In this document: positions 36,216 through 49,570 of the stretch, in pieces
How the letters are laid out: every line of letters begins with the position of its first letter
Position numbering within the stretch: position 1 is the stretch's first letter
From: Piedraia hortae CBS 480.64
Taxonomy: Eukaryota
Assembly (NCBI GenBank): GCA_010093745.1
Contig: MU005961.1
Location: forward strand, 186,001 to 250,000
Direction: 5' to 3'
Length of the DNA stretch: 64,000 nt
Translations under genes and position numbers: made by a program
The notes under the pieces: generated by a model
The model's input: the letters and a program-made list of their open reading frames with translations, nothing else
Told to the model about the DNA's origin: nothing
Databases searched by the model: none

Positions 36216-37603
36216 ATGGCGAGAGGTTCCCGCCCTAACCGAGCTACGCATGACCGCGATGGCGATGTCAAGATGGGCTCCGCCTCCGTTTTGTCTGGCC
36301 GACGCGCCAACGGAATCAGCAAGAATCAAAACGTACAGTCTAGCACCAGGGTTGCCCGCCCCCGCGTAGAAGCTCCAGGTCGTCGCGAACTCATGCCCCG
36401 CCGTCCCGGTCGTGAAGACATTCGTATGAGGGAGGCTCCTTCAGGGCCTAGGGAGAACAGAGAGATGCTGGTAGAGCTGAAGATCACGGGCTGGGAGAAA
36501 AGCAAGGCGTCAGGAGATGCCGACGGCGGAGCCGCGTCGCTGATCAAGTGGATGGAAAAACGGGCGGGAATCAAGATGGGCAGTCGGGCCCGGAGCCTCA
36601 AGGTGAAAAAGGTATGTCGTCGCTGCATGGCAGGTCGATGACGCCTTCACCGGCTCGCGCAATTCCGGTCCGCTTTCGTTTGCAGCCAATCTCAGAACGA
36701 CGACCGTGAGCACAAGGGCCGCGTGAACGCGTCGGCCTGTCCGGGCCGATTTGAAATACTAACGGATGGCAGTCTCGCATATCAGGACCGGATGAGATGG
36801 TTATCAAAGTTGCTTCGTCCGATGCAAACGCCTTTGCTCGGCTGGACCGCTACCAGTGGGCCGGCGTTGTAGTCCGTATTGCACGCCTGGATGCTCCCGC
36901 ATCTTCGATCGTTCAGACGGCCGCACAGGCAGACGCCGAGAACACTAAACGCATGCTTCTCAGCGTGCTCGAGCGGCGATATGAATTCAAGAGCAAGTTT
37001 CTCGATCTCAGCGCTCTGCGTGCAGACGAAGAACTGCAGAAGCAAGACATTTTCGCCAAAACGTCGACCACGCACAAGTTCTTCCCCGCCATGATGCGTG
37101 TGCTCGAACTGTCGTTTGACTCCAAGACGGCGCGCGATGAAGCCGTGTCCAGCGTGTCCCTGGCCAACAACGATTTGACCGACGTGTCTCTGGTGACCAG
37201 CTTGTCACAAACGCTGCCAAAACTGGTGAATCTGGATCTGTCCGGCAACAAGTTCGAAAACATCTCGGCCTTGGGCAACTGGCGTCGCTGCTTTCCCGAT
37301 CTTTCTCACCTCATTGTGACCGGTAACCCGATGGAAAGCAAGGATCCGGAGTACTGGAAGACAGCCATGAATTGGTGGCCTAAGCTCCGCTTTCTGAACG
37401 GACTTCCCGTGCGTGACGATCAAGGCATGAGCTTAGCAGTCATGCCCTATGAACTCATGGCCCAGCTTTCGGTGAAGACGAATATGGTGCCCAGTTATTC
37501 TCGTCTTTGCCTGGAACAGACCAACTGGGACCTTGAGAAGGCACTCGACGCGTTCCACAATGTCAAGCACACACTACCGGGCGAAGCATTCACAAGCACT
37601 TGA
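36216..37603 (+). CDS. MEX67: mRNA export factor Mex67/NXF1, short form (about 408 aa)
   Basis: Arg/Gly-rich N-terminus; LRR block (KFLDLSAL, KFFPAMM, SLANNDL, NLDLSGNKF, GNP); C-terminal TAP-C/UBA (KTNM..YSRLCLEQTNWDLEKAL..F...LPGEAF). Intron 36612-36772. Confidence 0.88.
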
Positions 37604-38105
37604 TGGAACAAATATGGGCAAGGGATTACACGGATGATGGTGAAGGGCGTGGGAAGTTTAGTCAATCAACCATCTTTGTGGTCTGTTTCACCCTTTGTAC
37701 TCGTAACGAAATTGATGTGTCGAACGCTTGAGAGCTGATATCCTTTGTTGCCTTTAGTGTACCTGTGGACTCGACAGAGTCAACTAGATTTTCGTCTTGT
37801 AAATAGCCCAGTCTGTTCTCAAATGTTGGTACCTATACTTGAAATAATGTACATATGAAAAAGTTCCAAGTTCGTCACCACAGTAAAGAGAAAAGATTGA
37901 AAAGGTCAATGATTTTCTACAGCCTAATGCTACAACCGATAACAGCAGCGTATAAAACCGCCAGTGTAGTATCGTCTCTTGGAAAACGGCAATTCATTCG
38001 CTTCGTAACGTCGTCGTGTAGCCCATACTCCCTTCGCCATGTGCCAGTCCGTCGACCTTTGTGCAGAAAAGGAAACACTGTCGTTAACTGCCCCATACTC
38101 CCCAA

Positions 38106-39845
38106 TTATCTAATTACACCCCATTCTCCGACAATACCTCTAGGGAGATTCTTATCCTTTTTCTGGAAGCAGTCCCAGAAGCGGAGCGTCTCGTCCCCGG
38201 CACCGGTTACGATGGTTGTCCCATCGGGGCTCATGGAGAGGTAAAGGACACGGTACGTGTGCCCCGTGAGTGAGGCTACCGGGGTCATGCTAGGATACTT
38301 CCAGATATTGATAGCATGCTGGGAGTAACCGTGGGTTGAGACGATTTCGGGCGTTAGGGTGCTGAATAGGAGGTTGCAGACTTGGCTTCCTGTGTCGTGG
38401 GAACGGATTAGGTGAGGGTTCAGGGAGGAAGGAGAGTCGGCCGAGTTGCGATTACCGGAGAAGTCGGATTGAGGCAGCGGGTCGAGGCTCCAGCCGAGAC
38501 GAGAGTCGGGCGCTGACGCCGCTCCGCGCGCCGTGGAAATCGTATTCCAGAACTTGATACAGCGGTCAGCCGTGCCCCCGCCCGATGCGAGGAGACCGCG
38601 CTGTCGAGGGCTCCAGGCAATGGCCTTGACGGCGGCGCGGTGACCACCTTCGTTCTCGCCCCACTTGTGCAGCCAGCGATCGTCCATGCGGTCCCAGATA
38701 AAGATCTTGTTGTCGTTGCCGCCAGAAGCAAGCTGGTCCGTGTCGGCGTTCCACTTGAGACCGCAAACCTCTTGGCGGTGGCCCGCCAGCCGGCGGACAA
38801 ATTGCGGGGCGATGCGCACGTCGCGATGTAGAATGGAGCGGTCGCGCGAGCCCGTTGACAGAACGTGCGCGTTCCACGCCAAGCTGCTGACGCGCGCCGA
38901 GTGTCCCGTCATGGTGCGGAGACGTCGCTCGGTTACGGTGTCATATAATATCAGCAGTCCGCGCGCGGTGCCAACGGCGAGGTGGTGACCGCGTTGAATC
39001 CAGCTGACGCTCGTCACATTGTCGTTGTCTTCCAGCGTGCAGAGCAGGTTGACAGCGCCCGACTCACGGCCCCAAAGGTACACCGACGCCCCTAGCCCGA
39101 CGGCCAGCACATCGTTTGGACCCCAGTCGACGAGGTTGAGGTAAAAGTCGTTGGCAAGATCCGGAGCGTCCAGAACCTTGTACGGCGCCTTACTAACCTG
39201 GCGCGGCGTCTTGCGCGGCGACAGTAACATAGCCTGCGAGCTGAGCTTGACCGGCGACAGGCTGTACAGCTCCGAACGCACATTGACATTGGGCCCGCGG
39301 TCGCTGCGGGAGATGGATCGCGGCGTTAGCGATGGCGTCGGGTTGGCCGCGTACGAAAAGAGGTTCTTGTTCGGTGTCGAAGGGGTCAGAGCTGCCCCGT
39401 GTGGCGAGCTGCGAACGGGCGGAGTCCTGTTTCGTGTTCCCTCATTTGTCCGGAACGCCTGAGGGATCTCGCCATCGAACATTTCCGAGCGCAAAATGGT
39501 GGAGAGCATGCGGTCACCATCGCCGCGCTTACCTGGCTTCGCCGGAGAAGCATCATCGTGTAGCAGGCTATAGCCCTGCGCGAGGTCACGTCCAGTACGG
39601 TTCGGGATGAAGCGATCGCCGCCGCGCTGCAAACGCTGCCGTTTCCTGCTGGGGCTTCCGCCCGGCGTGGACGTCCGCGACACTCCTACTTGCTGCGGTA
39701 GTCGCCCAGCAATGGTCGCGTTGTTATCTCCTATGCGCTCGCTGAGCGATCGCTTCCCAGTTACCGGCGGCGGAGTTTTGCTGCGTTCGGCGGGCATGTC
39801 GTTGTTGTCCTGGTCTCGCAGCCGGGCGCTGGAGCGCCGTGACAT
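38106..39845 (-). CDS. CDH1: APC/C activator, Cdh1/Fizzy-related WD40 protein
   Basis: C-box DRFIPNR, PYKVLDAP.L..DFYLNLVDW, GGGTADRCIKFWN, C-terminal IR tail. Confidence 0.92.
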   Translation of the reverse strand: MSRRSSARLRDQDNNDMPAERSKTPPPVTGKRSLSERIGDNNATIAGRLPQQVGVSRTSTPGGSPSRKRQRLQRGGDRFIPNRTGRDLAQGYSLLHDDASPAKPGKRGDGDRMLSTILRSEMFDGEIPQAFRTNEGTRNRTPPVRSSPHGAALTPSTPNKNLFSYAANPTPSLTPRSISRSDRGPNVNVRSELYSLSPVKLSSQAMLLSPRKTPRQVSKAPYKVLDAPDLANDFYLNLVDWGPNDVLAVGLGASVYLWGRESGAVNLLCTLEDNDNVTSVSWIQRGHHLAVGTARGLLILYDTVTERRLRTMTGHSARVSSLAWNAHVLSTGSRDRSILHRDVRIAPQFVRRLAGHRQEVCGLKWNADTDQLASGGNDNKIFIWDRMDDRWLHKWGENEGGHRAAVKAIAWSPRQRGLLASGGGTADRCIKFWNTISTARGAASAPDSRLGWSLDPLPQSDFSGNRNSADSPSSLNPHLIRSHDTGSQVCNLLFSTLTPEIVSTHGYSQHAINIWKYPSMTPVASLTGHTYRVLYLSMSPDGTTIVTGAGDETLRFWDCFQKKDKNLPRGIVGEWGVIR

Positions 39846-40637
39846 GATAAGAGTGATGTAGCAATATGAATCGGTTGCGCCTTGCGTGGCGGCGCGTGGG
39901 GTCTTGCGAGAGAAAGATTAGTGTGTTGGAGCAAGGTTGCAGTCAACGGCGCATAGTCGCGCTACGGTTGTCGGAGGTCAAGTTGGGGACGCGCCGAGGA
40001 ATGGAGAAGCTGTCAAACGCACCAATCAGAGGCCGCGCGGTGGTGGGCCGGGCAACGCGACCGAAATGAACCTCCTCAAAACGATCTTCGCCAAAGGGGC
40101 GTGTCAATGAGAAAACGGTATGGATATAGTCTTCTTGTTGCTGTGGATGTGATGGGCAGAGAAGCTGCCTACAGCTGCCCGACGCGACTACAGCAATAAC
40201 AATAACAAACCCACCCTACAGCGCGCGCGTAGCCACCTGCCTATTTTCTTATTGGTCAACGCGTCGCGCCATTAGCGGCTACCTGCAGGTAAAGCCGCCC
40301 GCTCCGTCCCGCGCTTCGCGCTCGCTGTTACAGCTGGCGCCCCAACCTGGCGTCTATATCTGCATCACAAATTAGCCCTACACACTAATTTGTCTCCTCC
40401 GCCAGGTACAAAGGGGGACTCAGAGAGAAGATTCGTTCGACATCGGACTTCTGAAGCCGTCACCGGAATGGTGTCACAGGACGCCGCCCACAGTAAAGCC
40501 GCTTCAGAAACCCTTCCGCCTAAGGATGACATTTTTTGTTCTCATCATTGCCGTAGTTTGTTGTCAGGCAGACGACACACATACCTTGACTTCGAGGTTC
40601 GTTCGATACCGGATCTTCCCTTCCGGCTGTTAGGTTA

Positions 40638-41157
40638 TCAATAGTCCATCTCCACCTCTTGACTAGTCTGGTCGTCAAGCTCCCTGACTATTCGCCGGTG
40701 CGTACGCGATCCCTCGACGGGATCTTGGTCTTGGATATACGCCTCCCATTTGCGCTTGTGTCTCTTCTCGTACGGAACATCATTACGGTACTTTGCTTTG
40801 CTCCTCGCTGTTTTGGCCAGGGTCTTGACTGCGTCTCCCTCCAGAGTGCCAATGGCGATGGCTCCTTGACTTGCAGTCTCTTCGCGCTTTAGAAGCTCCT
40901 GAACTTCCTTCTGTCTGAACATGGCCACCTGAGTGTCTGTCAGAATTCGTTTCGTTCCATCGCTGTAGTATCCCAGGCCATCGTCTTCATCTTCTCCCAA
41001 TGCTGTTGCTGCATCCACAAACCAATTGATTGGAACACTATCGTCGCCAAAGTGGGAGTATTGAAAAGCGATGAGGTCATCCTATTGCTTAGTCGCTTTG
41101 TCCGCCGTAGCAGGCCGTGCCTACCTCTGTAACGGTGGGGAGTCTGTAGTTGGCCAT
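40638..41157 (-). CDS. Small fungal protein, DUF3807-like
   Basis: MANYRLPTVTE, intron 41082-41124, then DDLIAFQYSHF...DDGLGYYSDGTKRILTDTQVAMFR. Confidence 0.75.
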
Positions 41158-41300
41158 GTTTGCGGTGTTCGTGTGTTTGTGGTGATTGGTGATTGGTTGA
41201 TTTACAACGCTAGCTGGAATACTGACAAACGATTGGCTCACCTCTGGACCACGTCAAAATCATTACCGATATCACCTATTCGTGGTTACTTGTAGACTCT

Positions 41301-42532
41301 ATGGCTATCCCTGAATGGCAAACACTCAACGTCGCCCTCTCCGAATTATGCCTTAATACAACCTTGCGTTGCGGTCAATCATTTCGGTAGCTCAGCCCCT
41401 CCGGTCTCAACATACGTATTTCTCATTGACTCGTTCCAGCTGGCGTCAACAAGCCGAAACGTGGTGCATAGCCCTTTATGGCCGTATTCTGATCCTCAAA
41501 CAGGATGCTGACAATCTTTACTTTCGTTCTGTGCCCCCAGATCCCGTCCATCCCTATTCCACCAAGGATTTGATTGAACACTACTTCAATCTGGGTCCTT
41601 CCCTCGCACTTTTGTATAAGCACTGGAGTTCACGGGATGCACATTTCGCGGATAAAGCTCCCTACTTTTCTGGAGTACGGATCCTACGACAAGATCCCTG
41701 GGAAGCATTGATAGGTTTCATCTGCAGCAGCAACAACAACATTGCTCGCATAGGGAAGATGGTTAGTAGTCTCTGCTTTCGATATGGAGAGAAAGTCGGA
41801 GAGATCCATGGAGAGCCGTTTTTCGATTTCCCCTCTCCAGAAGCCTTGGCTAAATACGATGTAGAAGCTCAGCTAAGAGCCTTGGGCTTTGGCTATAGGT
41901 CTAAATATGTACATGCCACCGCATGTGCTGTTGTGAAAAATGGAGGCGAAAGCTGGCTGAGATCACTAAGCAACCCAATGCCTGCTACAGACCTATCCAA
42001 TGAGGATGATTGGGATCCTGCAGGTCGCATTGGCTATCGCGACGCCCACGCTGCCCTCCTCAAGTTGTCCGGTGTAGGCCCCAAAGTGGCTGATTGCGTG
42101 TGTCTGATGGGCTTGGGCTGGGGTGAAGCTGTGCCGGTCGATACACACGTATGGCAAATTGCAAAAAGGCACTACAACTTCTTTCCTTCTGCCGGACGGA
42201 AGGAAACAGGAAATTTGAACAAAGCTCTATATGATCAAGTTGCAAATGGATTTAGGACTCTCTGGGGTAGGGAGGCGGGCTGGGCGCATAGCGTCCTCTT
42301 TGCGGCCGACCTGAAGATTTTCAAGGACAGGGGAAAACCGGGTAGCACTGAAGCGGACATTGAACTCGAACCAACGGAAGAGATGGGAACGACGGATGCA
42401 ACAGCCAAGGAAATGGGAATCAGGGGTATGGAGGCTCCGTCCAAGAAGAGAAAGGTAAAGCCCGAGGTTGAAACGGACGGGGCAATAAAACAAGTCGTGA
42501 CGGCCGAGAAACGTAGAAAGGCCAGGACATGA
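41301..42532 (+). CDS. OGG1: 8-oxoguanine DNA glycosylase
   Basis: TLRCGQSFR|W (intron 41387-41439), FICSSNNNIARI, HhH motif LSGVGPKVADC, VPVDTH, AGWAHSVLF. Confidence 0.96.
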
Positions 42533-42564
42533 TTCTGGCTGGCCGCGGCCAGTGCCTTTGAGCC

Positions 42565-43775
42565 TTACAGGTCATTGTACCCAAGAATGCGCTTCTTGAG
42601 GCCCAGATCCGATACTGCCCATGTCCATGCACGGCCTGCTTCTCCGCCAAATAGAGACTCTGGCGCTGATGATTTCTCCAGCATGCTGTCCTTTTCCATT
42701 GACTTGATCTCATGGCCAGTTGTATATGAGAGAAAGTGCTCAAATTCGTCATCTTCCAGCGCAAGAGCGTTGCCAGAGATTCCTGCGCCATGCGTCAGCC
42801 TATCCGCTAGTCAAAATAGATGGAGGCTCACCATGACAGAGACATGGCTCTTTGGTTAAAAGTCCACGCTCCAGGATGCACTGCCTTCCCTTTGTAATTG
42901 CCTTTTCGATCTTGTCCCGTAAATTGGGAAAATAATCGCGGATGCTGAGAAGGCTAATAATCACCCCTGGAGCTCCGTGACACACCTGGACCAGGCGATC
43001 GCGCTCAGGGGGCACAGAGCTGGGGAAATTACCAGACTCATACTGGTAGGTGAGCAAGACGGCCAGTTCCGCCTCGAGCTTCTCGGCATACTTTGTTGGA
43101 TTGGTCAGCACAACTTGCGTAATGATGCCAATAGCCCCATGAATGGCTCCAATGTACACCTTTCCATGCCACTTCCAAGGCCGCGGAGAATCCAAAATAG
43201 CATCAATCACATCCTCTTGCGTATCACCGATGAGCTGCAAAGTCTTCGGCTGATCAGTAAAAGAGGCCTTGACCAGACGAAGCAAGTAGAGATAGCCTGC
43301 ACGGCCATAAAGAAACTCGTTCTCGGTCTCTGGATCGAGTACTTCGGCGCTGTAGTCGCAAAGGTTGCTCACCATGTCCTCGTCTTTACTACTCGCAGCG
43401 CTAATGGCGAGCAATGAGAGAATGTCATCCATGATGCCGCATTTACCGACACGGGGACCGGGATAGCTGGCAATATGGTCCTGAGCCGCTTTTAGATAGG
43501 CAGCGCTCCATGACCCCAACTTAAAATCACAGATTTCAAGATCAGGGTAGAGTTGCTGAAGGACGAGGAAGGTGTAAGCAACGCTGACTGGTCCTTGGAA
43601 CAGGCCACCCCCAGGACTACAAGTATTGGGAGGGTAATTTGTCACGAGACGGGACAATGATGCTTCAAGCTGTCGACGTGGGTCTGGACCTTAGTCAAGA
43701 GCCCACCTTGTAGGTTATACGCTTACCTCGCCGCGCTAACGGAGCGTCGTTCTTAAAGTACCGTGGTGGAGGCAT
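42565..43775 (-). CDS. LanC-like (lanthionine synthetase C-like) protein
   Basis: EFLYGRAGYL, GAIHG, GNFPSS, VQVCHGAPG, CLCHG|ISGNA. Introns 43684-43726 and 42783-42831; stop at 42565-42567. Confidence 0.9.
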
Positions 43776-44868
43776 CACGCCCAAGATTTTGGTAGATTTC
43801 AGGTTATTTTATCATCAAACCCACGGTTGTTTTCCCATGTCCCTACATCTACTTGTGAGTGACGTCGAAGGTGGGGTTGGCGCGGGGTCGACGTCTGTCA
43901 CGGTTCGGGCCTTAGCGCGCGTGCTTCCGTTAGTATTATACCTTTCTATATTCCGGCCAATCAGATGACCGTCTCACCAGAGGGGGGTTATATAGATGGT
44001 CTGTTTCGGAGAATGACCTATTCAATCACATTACTCACATATCATTCAAAGACATGCTTAAGGTGGTGTCATCCTAGTGTGGGAGGATGACCGGTTCAGT
44101 TAAGACGGCCTGCCAAACCAGAATCTTCCATGTCTGCCACAGCCGTGAATGACCCGGCAAGGGCAACAATCCTTGCTTCACATGACCATTGATATCATGT
44201 ACTTTCGGATGAGAGTTGGATCTAAGACACCGTCTATTCTAGTGTGCCGACAATCCCCAACGCGTTGGTCCGCAACTGTGGCGATTAAGCAATTTGCTGC
44301 CCCACCATCACCAATTGGCCATCAATTAGCCGGTCAGTCAGCACCAAAACGCCTGTCAACTGTGCCCCCGGTGCACGTGGACAGACCGATTAAAGAAGGC
44401 CCGGGTTTGCCTAAACCAATGGATTTAACTCGGGCGCTCGAGTTCACTCGCCAGCGCCTTCCAGGTCCCACCGACCGGTGGCGGAACTCCAGCAAGCCGG
44501 CTGAAAACTTCACTGCTCAACGTTGCCACCACACTAGATAGATGACTCTCGAGGGCAAGTGGTATTAATCCGCCTTCGCGTCGACCAGTCAATGAAACAG
44601 TGTGTTTCTCCCCTCACTTACGTCGCCCACTTGCCACTTGTACCCCTTCCTTTGCCGACAACGGTCGCAAAGCATCGACCGATCACGCCTTTGGTCGATT
44701 ACGCGTGACACTTTGCGCGAGACCGAACAGGCTTAGATGTGGCAGTGACGGAGTACGCCCGCATGTTCTAATTGCTGCACATAACCTGCCTGGCACCCAG
44801 TTGGACTTGTGGCTGGTGCCAGACTTGTTGCCCTACTAGTTATCTTTTGGCACCCAATCTTCTCGTTG

Positions 44869-47116
44869 ATGGACTCAGAGGAGGGAAGAGTATTTGTGAA
44901 GGTGAGTTTCTATTCCTTGCTCTCTTTTCTTCCTCTCATTTTTTTCGTCTGTTTTTGTTCGTTCTGGGTCTCCCCTTCCATCCTCCTTTTTACCTCCTCA
45001 TCATTTTTCCTCGGTTTGCTTTGTTTTTCATCATTGAAGCTAATCTCTCTAGAATTTGGCATGCCTGGTGCGGCATTATGAACGTGCTCTTGCCAATGCT
45101 ATTCAGTGGCCGCATTCGAAGCAAAGTACATCTGTACGTGAGCTAGACGCCGTAAAGCTAGTCCTCACGCCCCATCATCTCTTCTATCTTCTCACAAAGT
45201 TTGAGGAGGTCTTGGGTGTGGATGTAGGCCCCATGAATGTGCGACTAGAGCACCTTAGCAATCGCGACATCCCATCAAACTACGTTTCCTTTCGTGGGCA
45301 CGCACCCACGTCAAGAGGCAAATCCAACCACGCTGGATCCATACAATCGACGGCTTCCAGTCTTCGCAGCGTCACGTCCAGAGTTCTATCCGTGTGGCAT
45401 AGCCTAACGGAAACGACGCGCCTTGCCCGAAGAGAAAAACGAAAGTTACAATTTCGCGAAGATATCAAGTACCTTTACTCATGCTTCACAAAGCTGCCCG
45501 CCTTGAAACTCGCACCAGATCATGGAGCCCCGTTGATACCCGAATATGAAGCATATCCATTCGATACAGCAGTGCCTCTTGTGGTCTTCAAAAATCTGAG
45601 TGTGTTGGAAATTTCAGACTTGGACTTTAGACAGTTCTACGGCTGGCATCGCTTGGCTGACCAGCTGCGAAGCCTAACATTGAGACGTTCACGTGTGGAC
45701 GATGCCATGGATGTGCTTCATGATGTTGTGCTGGATGATATGGAACGGAGGCGCAAACGGGCGGCCAAGGCTCCAGTTTTGGCGGTGCCATCAATTTCGA
45801 CATCTCACTGGCCATCGGTGTTCAGCCCAAAAGCCCGACAGCTCGCATTAGAACGGTCTTACTCCACTCCTTGTTCACCCTTGCTGGATTCACGAGGCGG
45901 CTCGCTGGACAACATCTCTCCGATGGCCAAAAAAATATCAAGTGAAGGGTGCGCAACGGCGGGGTCCCGTAACCCTTCTCCAATTCGGCCATTCAGCTCC
46001 CGTTTAGAGTCTATCGACGTAACTAGACAACGCCGAAGCCATGCTCTATCAGTGCGAAGACTCTCAGGCAGCTCCGGATCGAGTCGTGTAGACCTGTTGT
46101 CGAGGCACAGCTCAAGTGATCTATCAGCCATCTGCCTTTCGCCTTCGAAATGGAGTCTGTTGAAACGACTCAGCCTTGCCGATAATGGATTGACATCCCT
46201 AACGGTAGAAAGCCTACGAAATGTGGCCGATTCTCTGCAATCGCTCGACCTTTCTGAGAACTTGTTCGCCGAGATACCTGAAGCGCTTTCCAGTCTGACC
46301 TCGCTGCGAGAGCTCAACCTCAGCGAATGCATGATAACCAGCCTGACGACGCTAGCTCAGCACCCCTTACCTGCTGTCACTGCGCTGGACTTGCACTCGA
46401 ATCGACTGCCTTCACTTACAGGTGTCGAGAGGCTACAAACCTTGCAACGCATCGATCTTGGCGACAACAAGTTGTACGATCCTACCGAGCTGCGACGACT
46501 AACACATGCCCCAGAGCTAATGGATGTTCATGTCAACAAGAATCCATTCACTCGAACTTACCGCAATTACAGAGTCGCCATCTTCAATGAATTTAGAGAC
46601 ACGCCGGGATTCACTTCGGACATAAGCATTGATTCCCAAGGCCCGACGTTCTACGAGAAGAAGAAGTTGCATGACCAAGCAATAGGGCCAGCCCTTAAGC
46701 CGGCGAGGAGTCGACATGAGGCCAAGGAAAGCGTAGCGGAGCCGGAGCATACTATAACGATGCCGGTTGTCAGTGCAAAACAGGGCCACAGACGGGCATC
46801 CAGCGATCCTGGATTACTGGCAACTCCCCAAAAGCCTAAGATGCGACGGAGAAGGCTGGTCGAGCTCGAAATGCACGAGACCGGATCATACAGCCACGAC
46901 GGACAGCCGCTTTTACCACCAAGCACGCCTGTGGGCCGCAAATTGGGGGCGACTGAATCAACACCGTTTCATACAGCACCTACATTCGATGCGAGTCCAG
47001 TGTTGAGAATATATCCGGAGATGACCGAGGCGCCCAGTCCCACTCCTGCACCTAGAGCTTCAACCTCAGCCTCCATGGACATGTCCTCTGTTCCAGCGCT
47101 GTTTGGTGAAGAGTGA
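44869..47116 (+). CDS. Leucine-rich-repeat protein (fungal; nischarin/STK11IP-like LRR block)
   Basis: Exon 1 MDSEEGRVFVK, intron 44902-45052, then NLACLVRHYERALANA; repeated LxxLxLxxN units. Confidence 0.85.
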
Positions 47117-48067
47117 TTTACTCCTTTTAATGTCATATGGCGTGCACCTGAGCGATGGCGTTCTGTGTGTCTGGGGATTACTGCTTCTGTCGGCTGACAG
47201 GGTATGGTACACGCATTTCAGTCGCAAGACTTGAGAGTGGAAGCATAGAGAGCATTTTAGCGAGGCGTTTGCATTGTGCATCAACCTACTTGGGGTGGGC
47301 TACATGGGCCAGTATGGGCCTCTTAATCATGAAATCTAACTCAAGACTCCTAATGTCTCGATTCCGGAGGGGTGATGGGGGATATATAGAATCAAAAATG
47401 GCAAACATTGTTTGACGCTTACAATCAGATGGTTGTTTCTGAGGGCTGTCTGGGTCGCGCACGTATTTGATTGACAATTTGATTGAAGCTGCGGGCCACG
47501 TGTAGTAAAGCTCCATTCCTGGCGCTGACGCCAAGCCCAAAGCCCCCTCCGGCCCGAAGCGAAGCGGAACATCTTTGCGTTGAGCAACACACTCTCGCGA
47601 ATTCTTCCAATTCGCCCCGCGTGCAGCTTGTGAGAGCGCTACTAGTTCCATCGTCCACCTGCCTTTTTTGCATCGCGGTCGTCCCCAAACTAACGTCATC
47701 CAAACATTGACCGCCCGCCGCGTCAAATTTGCTCGCGGCCGCGAAATCCCCCTTGCAAAAGCGTCACGTCTCCACCATCCCCCCACCCACTCTTGTCTGC
47801 AATCTGCCGCACACGTCTAGTGGGTAGGTTCGACTGATCTGCGCACGGGAGACACCTGCCAACTAAGGTAGGAGCGACGGTACCCAAAGCGGAGACGTCA
47901 ACTGCCCTGCTGGTCCCCACTCGGTAAGACTTTGTGAGCTGCAAGCGTGCTACAGGCTGGGAAATCGCTGACGATAGAAGCTTGTAACGCTTTCATACTC
48001 ATATTGCCGCAGCGGCGCGGCCAAAACCCGCTGCACATCGTACCCTACCCCAGACGCAACTGCGGCA

Positions 48068-49134
<1,067 letters not shown>

Positions 49135-49570
49135 GCGTTCGAATGCTGCTAAGCATCAACACACAGCGGTCGCTGACAGGGCGATCTCGGTCGGGACACG
49201 GGGAGGGGTGTACGATGAAATGCATGAAGATGGCTGTGGCAAAGTCACCAATCAAGTTGCTCCATTACCTTTCCTGACAGTTTTGCCTTTTCATGGGTGG
49301 CTGCCCCTCACGTCGTGTCGCGAAGCGACTATGTTGTATCGAGCCTTTCAAGAACATCTTATCGTTGATGTGCGTTGCAAGTTGAAATGGTTTGACGACA
49401 TGGCGTGTAGAGGTTCGTGCTAATGTACCACCGTACCAGTTTATTTGATGTTGCCAAGACCAGCCACTCTAAATATCAGCCCCGCGACGCCACGAAATTA
49501 AGGTTATAGCGACAGGGTAGGGCGTTGATATACGACGGCGAATCGCCATCGTGTCCGTTCTATCGGTGCC

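Noticed and set aside
40418..40535. U6 snRNA
   Set aside because: Only short look-alike motifs (GAGAAGATT, AAGGATGACA), with wrong spacing and no AGC triad or ISL.
42565..44300. Lantipeptide biosynthetic cluster around the LanC-like gene
   Set aside because: No dehydratase/kinase-lyase, dedicated transporter or credible Ser/Thr/Cys precursor; the neighbours are housekeeping genes.
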